From Alphaproteobacteria bacterium (GTDB lineage Bacteria; Pseudomonadota; Alphaproteobacteria; JAJTHO01; CANGYM01): a stretch of 24,000 bases of DNA. The DNA is taken from NCBI GenBank assembly GCA_044235825.1, contig JBIIHL010000020.1:4494-28493 (forward strand). The letters run 5' to 3'. The notes below the pieces were generated by a model that had not been told where the DNA came from, did not search any database, and worked only from the letters and a program-made list of their open reading frames with translations. This document shows, piece by piece, positions 18,855 to 24,000 of this stretch (positions are counted from its first letter, which is position 1; each line of letters opens with the position of its first letter). Position numbers and translations under genes: made by a program.

Positions 18855-18889
18855 TATAACCAATCATCCCATAGACTGTGATGTTCATC

Positions 18890-19144
18890 ATGACTGACAT
18901 TATATCCTCTCGAGACGCGCAAAACCACTTTGGGTCCCTTTTGGATCGGGCCCAGCATGCGCCTGTGATTATCAAGCGGCACAAGCGCGATTGCGTGGCC
19001 GTCATTTCCATGCAAGATTTTGCCCAGTGGCAGGCGTTAAAATCCCAAAATTTCCTGTCTTTGCGCCATGACCTTGCCGAAAAAGCAGCCCAGCGCGGCC
19101 TAACCCCTGAAATCCTGTCAGAGATTCTCGCCTCTGATGCTTAA
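18890..19144 (+). CDS. Phd/YefM-type antitoxin
   Basis: MTDIISSRDAQNHFGSLLDRAQHAPVIIKRHKRDCVAVISMQDF is a typical Phd-family N-terminal DNA-binding domain. Overlaps the toxin ORF by 8 nt. The start could also be 18881. Confidence 0.87.
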   Translation: MTDIISSRDAQNHFGSLLDRAQHAPVIIKRHKRDCVAVISMQDFAQWQALKSQNFLSLRHDLAEKAAQRGLTPEILSEILASDA

Positions 19145-19550
19145 AAGGTTTGTTTTTGACACCAATGTCCTGATCAGTGCCTTCTTGGCCCCGCTTACGC
19201 CACCCTTTCAGGCGTTAACCTATGCCATCAAAGAAGGGATTTTGCTGCGTTCTCAAGAAACCGATGCGGAACTGACCTCTGTCCTCGCCAGACCCAAATT
19301 TCGCCGGTATTTATCAACTTCTGAAACACAGTCTTTGCTCGCCTCTTATCATGACGTTGCTGAACACATTCCCCATGTTCCCCCCATTGCTATATGCCGC
19401 GACCCCAACGATGATAAATTTCTGGCCTTGGCCGTGCATGGCCATGCGTCTTATGTGATTACGGGCGACCAAGACTTGCTGATTTTAAACCCCTTTTCAG
19501 GCATTCCCCTGCTAACACCTAGGGCATTTTTAACCACGTGTGGATTGTGA
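19137..19550 (+). CDS. PIN-domain toxin of a type II toxin-antitoxin system
   Basis: FVFDTNVLISAFLAP, ETDAELTSVLARPKFRRYLS, CRDPNDDKFLALAVHGHASYVITGDQDLLIL: acidic PIN-domain residues retained. Confidence 0.9.
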   Translation: MLKRFVFDTNVLISAFLAPLTPPFQALTYAIKEGILLRSQETDAELTSVLARPKFRRYLSTSETQSLLASYHDVAEHIPHVPPIAICRDPNDDKFLALAVHGHASYVITGDQDLLILNPFSGIPLLTPRAFLTTCGL

Positions 19551-19586
19551 TATTTTTCACCCCCCCAACACCTAAATTGCGGCAGG

Positions 19587-19687
19587 ACCCTCTCCCTAGC
19601 CCTCTCCCTGACAGGGAGAGGGAACACAACCTCCTCCCTCTCCCCCCCGGGGAGAGGGCTGGGGAGAGGGGCCGTCACAAAATCATA
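19587..19687. repeat. GC-rich nested palindromic repeat, copy 1 (with extra upstream unit)
   Basis: CCCTCTCCCTG(19600-19610) A CAGGGAGAGGG(19612-19622), then CCCTCTCCCC(19636-19645) CCC GGGGAGAGGG(19649-19658), then CTGGGGAGAGGGGCCGTCACAAAATCATA. The outer arms are also complementary. Confidence 0.85.
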
Positions 19688-19721
19688 GATTGATAACAAA
19701 ACATGCCTATACTCATAACTT

Positions 19722-20066
19722 ATGCCCCCCATCAAAGATCACGCCAAATATCTCCGATCCACAATGACAGAAGCAGAGCAATGTCTGTGGCGTGCATTGC
19801 GTGCCCAACGCTTTCATGGTTTTAAATTCCGAAGGCAACATATATTTGACCATTATATTGTTGATTTCGTTTGCTTAAAGAAAAAACTGATCATCGAAAT
19901 CGATGGGGGTCAACATGCAGATCAGTGGTTATACGATCAAAGACGAACAGAATTTTTAACGTCTCAAGGATACCGTGTTTTGCGTTTTTGGAATTCGGAT
20001 GTTCTGAATCACCTTGAATACGTTTTAGAAACTGTTTTGCAATCTCTTCGTCATGCTGAAGAATAA
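19722..20066 (+). CDS. DUF559 / endonuclease-domain protein (restriction-endonuclease-like fold)
   Basis: MTEAEQCLWRALRAQRFHGFKFRRQHIFDHYIVDFVCLKKKLIIEIDGGQHADQWLYDQRRTEFLTSQGYRVLRFWNSDVL matches the DUF559 signature (FRRQ, IVDFVC, IEIDGGQH, Y-D, RTEFL, G-VLRFWN). Confidence 0.92.
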   Translation: MPPIKDHAKYLRSTMTEAEQCLWRALRAQRFHGFKFRRQHIFDHYIVDFVCLKKKLIIEIDGGQHADQWLYDQRRTEFLTSQGYRVLRFWNSDVLNHLEYVLETVLQSLRHAEE

Positions 20067-20075
20067 TTTTCAGCC

Positions 20076-20133
20076 CCTCCTCCCTCTCCCCCTCGGGGAG
20101 AGGGTTGGGGAGAGATGCGCCACAAAATCATAA
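20076..20133. repeat. GC-rich palindromic repeat, copy 2 (direct orientation relative to copy 1)
   Basis: CTCCTCCCTCTCCCC CTC GGGGAGAGGGTTGGGGAGAGATGCGCCACAAAATCATA; shares both the palindrome core and the CACAAAATCATA tail with copy 1. Confidence 0.85.
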
Positions 20134-20218
20134 ACCCGTATTTTTTATTGCCTCCAACCCCTGCGGGGATTATGATTCGGTTTTTGATTGATGACAACAC
20201 AGTGATGGGGATTCTTTT

Positions 20219-20728
20219 ATGGCCGGAAGTTTAAACAAAGTCATGCTGATTGGCAACGTGGGCAAAGACCCTGAAATTCGCACCTCCCAGGATGGGACCA
20301 AATTGGCGACGCTTACCTTGGCCACATCCGAAACATGGCGCGACAAACAATCGGGGGAGCGCAAAGACCGCACCGAATGGCACCGCGTGGTGATTTTTAA
20401 CGACAAACTGGCGGATATCGCCGAGCGCTATGTCAAAAAAGGCAGCCGCATTTTTATCGAGGGCCAACTGCAAACCCGCAAATGGACCGACCAAAGCAAC
20501 GTTGAAAAATACACAACAGAAATTGTCATTTCCCGCTTTAAAGGCGAGCTGACCCTGCTGGATACCAAATCCGACGGCGGCGGCGCCCGCGGCGGCAGTG
20601 GGTACGAGGGGGGATCCTCTCTGGCCGGCCCGGGTGACGGGGCTTTGTATTATGACAGCCCCGAAACGCGGCCCTCCGCCCCTGCGGTCCATTTGGAAAA
20701 AGAGCTTGATGACGAAATCCCGTTTTAG
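20219..20728 (+). CDS. ssb: Single-stranded DNA-binding protein
   Basis: MAGSLNKVMLIGNVGKDPEIRTSQDGTKLATLTLATSETWRDKQSGERKDRTEWHRVVIFNDKLADIAERYVKKGSRIFIEGQLQTRKW; acidic C-terminal tip ELDDEIPF. Confidence 0.97.
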   Translation: MAGSLNKVMLIGNVGKDPEIRTSQDGTKLATLTLATSETWRDKQSGERKDRTEWHRVVIFNDKLADIAERYVKKGSRIFIEGQLQTRKWTDQSNVEKYTTEIVISRFKGELTLLDTKSDGGGARGGSGYEGGSSLAGPGDGALYYDSPETRPSAPAVHLEKELDDEIPF

Positions 20729-20740
20729 GGCCTGCCCATT

Positions 20741-21235
20741 ATGGACACACCCCATATCAAACCGGCCACGCCGGAGGATTTTCACGCCATCTGGTCTTTC
20801 TTTAAGCCCATCACCCGTGACGACAATGCCTTTTGCATGCCTGATGGCTTAGACTTTGACACCGCCAAGGCCATCTGGTTTTCCAAACACCACCAGATTT
20901 TCAAACTGGTTTTGGGGGACACCATCATCGGCACCATCATGCTGCGCCCTAACTTTGGGGGCCCGGGACGCCATCAGGTTGCCAACGCCACCTTTATCAT
21001 TGATCCCGCCCATCACGGACGCGGTTATGGCCGGACAATCGGCCAGTTTGCGCTGGATGAGGCCCGCCGCCAAGGCTATACCGCCATGCTGTTCAATTCC
21101 GTGGTCAGCACGAACCAACGGGCGCTGCATCTTTGGCAATCCTTGGGCTTTCGCATCATTGGAACGGTTCCCCGTGCCTATCGCCACCACACGCTGGGGT
21201 GGGTGGATACGCACATCATGCACCGCTTTTTGTAG
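20741..21235 (+). CDS. GNAT family N-acetyltransferase
   Basis: TIIGTIMLRPNFGGPGRHQVANATFIIDPAHHGRGYGRTIGQFALDEARRQGYTAMLFNSVVSTNQRALHLWQSLGFRIIGTVPRAYR. Confidence 0.92.
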   Translation: MDTPHIKPATPEDFHAIWSFFKPITRDDNAFCMPDGLDFDTAKAIWFSKHHQIFKLVLGDTIIGTIMLRPNFGGPGRHQVANATFIIDPAHHGRGYGRTIGQFALDEARRQGYTAMLFNSVVSTNQRALHLWQSLGFRIIGTVPRAYRHHTLGWVDTHIMHRFL

Positions 21236-21248
21236 GAGTCGTTTTCAT

Positions 21249-22137
21249 GACGCGCTGGCACGCTTGGCGGGGTCCCCTGTGGATCCTGCTGTTTTGCTTT
21301 ATGATGAGCATCGTGGCCTCGTGCGTGCGCTGGCTGAGCGCGGATATGCCCGTCACCCAAGTGGTGTTCTGGCGTAACTTTGCCGCCCTGCTGGCCATGC
21401 TGCCCTGGGCCGCCCCAACATGGCATTATGCCAAAACCATCCGCGTGCGCATCCATGCCTATCGCTCGCTATGCGGGGTGGTGGCCATGCTGCTGTGGTT
21501 TTATACCATCGCCATGCTGCCCATGGCCGATGCCGTGGTCATCAGCTTTACCACCCCCATGTTTGCCACCTTGGCCGCCGTTTTGTTTTTGGGCGAAGTG
21601 GTCCGCTGGCATCGCTGGGCCGCCATTGGTTTTGGGTTTATCGGGGTTTTGATCATCATCAACCCTCAGGGGCCGCATCTGCTGCCTTGGCTGGGCGTGG
21701 CCAGCGGCCTTGCCTCCGCCGTTTTGGCCGCCATTTCCATCACCCTGATCAAGCATCTGTCGTTACGGCACCCCCCCATTTTGATGCTCAGCCTGATTGC
21801 CGCGTTTATGTTGATGTTTTCCATGCCCCTTTTGCTGCTGGGGCTGCAAACCCCGTCCCTCTATCAAATCGGCCTGATTGCCCTGATGGGGGTGACGGCG
21901 CAAATCGGTCAATACGGCGTGATTCGGGCCTTTGAAACCATGGAATCGTCAGAGGCCTCGCCGCTGGATTTTTTCCGCTTGCCCTTTGCCGCCGCCTTTG
22001 GATACATTTTTTTTCACGAGGTCGTCAGCCCCACCACCTGGATCGGGGCGGCCATCATTTTCCTCTCAAACCTCTACATCATCCGCCGCGAACACAAATT
22101 AAAACGCACCCAGGGCGCACCGGTGGTGAAGATGTAG
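21249..22137 (+). CDS. EamA/DMT-superfamily transporter
   Basis: Many TM segments and EamA-like repeat: MTQVVFWRNFAALLAML-like start, DAVVISFTTPMFATLAAVLFLGEVVRWHRWAAIGFGFIGVLIIINP. ATG at 21249 preferred over the track start 21133, which lies in the GNAT gene. Confidence 0.88.
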
Positions 22138-22152
22138 GGGGGGAAAGGCCCC

Positions 22153-23796
22153 CTACCCCTCCATCAAAACCACATCAATACGGGGGTTTCTGCCGATTTC
22201 TTCGCGCAGCATCTGGCGCAGGGCCTTTTTCATCATGGCGATGATGTGGGGTTTTTTGGCGCCCTCTTCCAAATCCAGACAGGCTTCCATCAAACAGCCG
22301 TGAAAATCGGCCTCCATCTCCTGAAATTCATCATCATCCAGCAGGTTGACATGAAAAAACACAGGGGGTTTGCTGATGGTTTGTTTTTTCGTGTGAAACG
22401 GAACACACACCGCCAGATACCCATCCTGCAACACCTGATGCAAACGCTTGTGACGTTGGCCAAACAGGGGCATCAGACGGGATCCATGAACCCCCATGCG
22501 GGACACATCCATCTGGCTGGTGATGGTGGGGTGATCGCCCTCCAGCTTGATGATGGCCCCGTTGTGGGCCACCAGACTGTGGGGCACGCCGCAGGTTTTG
22601 GCAAAGGCCGCATGTTCGCGGATATGACGGGGCTCTCCGTGGACCGGAATGGAGCTTTTGGGGCGAACCCAATCGTACAGCGTTCTTAAATCATCCCGTG
22701 ACGGGTGCCCTGACACGTGAATCATGGCGTCTTTTTCCGTGATGATTTTTGCGCCGCGCTCTGAGAGTTGATTTTGCAGGGCATAAATGGATTTTTCATT
22801 CCCCGGAATCACGCGGGATGAAAAAATCACCGTATCGCCCTTTTGAACCGCCACATCGGGATGTTCCCCGCGGGCAATTTTCCCCAAAGCCGCCCGCGAT
22901 TCCCCTTGGGACCCTGTGGCGATATAAACCAACTTGTGACGGGGGGCCAGACGGGCTTGCTCGCTGTCCAAAAACGGGGGGATGTGTTTCAAATACCCAG
23001 TATCCCGCGCCGCTTTGTCAATGCGCCACATGGATTTCCCAACCAAGGCCACCGCGCGATCACAGGCCAAGGCGGCCTCAGCAATGCTTTGCACACGGGC
23101 CACGTTGGTGGCAAAACATCCGACAAACACCGTTTTTTCGCATGATTTCATGACATCAATCAGGTTTTTGGCCACATCGGCCTCTGACCCCGTGCTGCCT
23201 TCACAAAACACGTTGGTGGAATCACACACCATGGCCAGCACGCCCTCTTGGCCCAGAGACCGCAGTCTGGCTTCGTCAGAGGTCTGGCCCACCCGTGGAT
23301 CTGGATCCAGTTTCCAGTCCCCCGTGTGCAGCACCGATCCGGCCTTTGTGGTGATCAAAACCGCGTTGGGCTCTGGTATGGAATGGGTTAAGGTAATCAA
23401 TTCAATGGTAAAAGGGCCAATGGTGCAGGTGCCGGAAAGGGGCAATTTTTTGATGGGGGGATTTTGCACCACACCCAGCAATTTTTGCCGCACCAACGCC
23501 GCCGTGAAATCCGTGGCATAAATGGGGCATTCCAGTTCTGGCCAGACATAGGGAATGGCCCCGATGTGATCTTCGTGACCGTGGGTACACACCAAACCCA
23601 CAATTTTATCGCGGTTATCCAGCAGATACCCAGGATCCGCCACAATCAAATCAATGCCTGGCGTTGTGGCATCGCCAAAGGTCACGCCGCAATCCACCAC
23701 CAAAAGTTTCCCCTTGTAGGCATACACATTAAGATTCATCCCGATTTCCTGACATCCCCCGAGAGGAATAAAGGAAAAAGCCTGAGGTACCGTCAT
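22153..23796 (-). CDS. rnj: Ribonuclease J (MBL-fold exo/endoribonuclease)
   Basis: PLGGCQEIGMNLNVYAYKGKLLVVDCGVTFGD, VCTHGHEDHIGAIPY, VLHTGDWKLDP, CDSTNVF, STGSQGESRAALGKIA-like, HVSGHPSRDDLRTLYDWVRPKSSIPVHGEPRHI. Confidence 0.95.
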   Translation of the reverse strand: MTVPQAFSFIPLGGCQEIGMNLNVYAYKGKLLVVDCGVTFGDATTPGIDLIVADPGYLLDNRDKIVGLVCTHGHEDHIGAIPYVWPELECPIYATDFTAALVRQKLLGVVQNPPIKKLPLSGTCTIGPFTIELITLTHSIPEPNAVLITTKAGSVLHTGDWKLDPDPRVGQTSDEARLRSLGQEGVLAMVCDSTNVFCEGSTGSEADVAKNLIDVMKSCEKTVFVGCFATNVARVQSIAEAALACDRAVALVGKSMWRIDKAARDTGYLKHIPPFLDSEQARLAPRHKLVYIATGSQGESRAALGKIARGEHPDVAVQKGDTVIFSSRVIPGNEKSIYALQNQLSERGAKIITEKDAMIHVSGHPSRDDLRTLYDWVRPKSSIPVHGEPRHIREHAAFAKTCGVPHSLVAHNGAIIKLEGDHPTITSQMDVSRMGVHGSRLMPLFGQRHKRLHQVLQDGYLAVCVPFHTKKQTISKPPVFFHVNLLDDDEFQEMEADFHGCLMEACLDLEEGAKKPHIIAMMKKALRQMLREEIGRNPRIDVVLMEG

Positions 23797-23819
23797 GAAA
23801 CATCCAATCTTTATAAAAC

Positions 23820-23852
23820 AAAGAGGCTCTTATACGCGAAAAGAGCGTCTTT
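23820..23852 (-). terminator. Putative intrinsic terminator for the partial minus-strand CDS at the right edge
   Basis: AAAGAGGCTCTT(23820-23831)/AAGAGCGTCTTT(23841-23852), 11 of 12 pairs, 9 nt loop. On the minus strand it is followed by GTTTTAT. Confidence 0.55.
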
Positions 23853-23883
23853 GGCCATGATTCTTTAAAGGACACAGGGTCAT

Positions 23884-24000
23884 TCAATAAACCTTTGTTA
23901 GGATTTGGATGGCTTTGTAGGTTTTTCGTTGGAAGAATTGGATGCCTTCGGTGAATTTTCCGATGGTTTTGTCCAAGATATGAACGACCAAGCCATTGAT
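23884..24000 (-). CDS. 3' end of an unidentified CDS (partial)
   Basis: Reverse-strand frame INGLVVHILDKTIGKFTEGIQFFQRKTYKAIQILTKVY* open to the window edge and followed by a hairpin terminator. Too short to identify. Confidence 0.45.
   Translation of the reverse strand: MNGLVVHILDKTIGKFTEGIQFFQRKTYKAIQILTKVY

Noticed and set aside
19451-19735. 94 aa minus-strand ORF (contains LPSPLPGGERE...)
   Set aside because: It spans the palindromic repeat and the antisense of the toxin gene. The SPLPGGERE string is just the repeat translated.
19587-20133. CRISPR array hypothesis for the GC-rich repeats
   Set aside because: Only two main copies, separated by a coding gene rather than regular 30-40 bp spacers, and no cas genes.
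20231-20785. 184 aa minus-strand ORF
   Set aside because: Antisense to ssb, which is unambiguous.
21133-21248. N-terminal extension of the DMT transporter
   Set aside because: It lies inside the GNAT acetyltransferase gene in another frame. The ATG at 21249 gives a normal transporter N-terminus.
1-24000. tRNA, rRNA, prophage or transposase genes
   Set aside because: None recognised on either strand. Core genes fill most of the window.

Overview
This 24 kb window looks like alphaproteobacterial chromosome, judged by protein family recognition only. It is mostly ordinary housekeeping gene content: 3' end of flhA, ruvX, gatC-gatA, infC, an inositol-monophosphatase-family gene, alr, fliQ, secB, a GT4 glycosyltransferase, an operon-like pdxH / APH-AAA / MBL-hydrolase set, murA, a pta-like / bolA / ruvB overlapping set, an AsmA-family gene, ssb, a GNAT gene, a DMT transporter and rnj. 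Two places are not ordinary. (1) A ~146 nt near-continuous inverted-repeat rod at 875-1020 between flhA and a hypothetical gene. It is preceded by a well-spaced sigma70-like promoter (TTGATT-17-TATAGT) and followed by a UUCG hairpin and U-run, so it looks like a free-standing structured small RNA gene (6S-like architecture is possible but unproven). (2) An accessory island at ~17.7-20.13 kb. It holds an AT-rich orphan gene whose C-terminus runs antisense into the asmA 3' end, a Phd/PIN toxin-antitoxin pair with its own promoter, and a DUF559-type endonuclease-domain gene bracketed by two direct copies of a ~55 bp GC-rich palindromic repeat. No rRNA, tRNA, CRISPR array, prophage or transposase was identified. 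All product names come from motif and sequence recognition by eye, without database searches.
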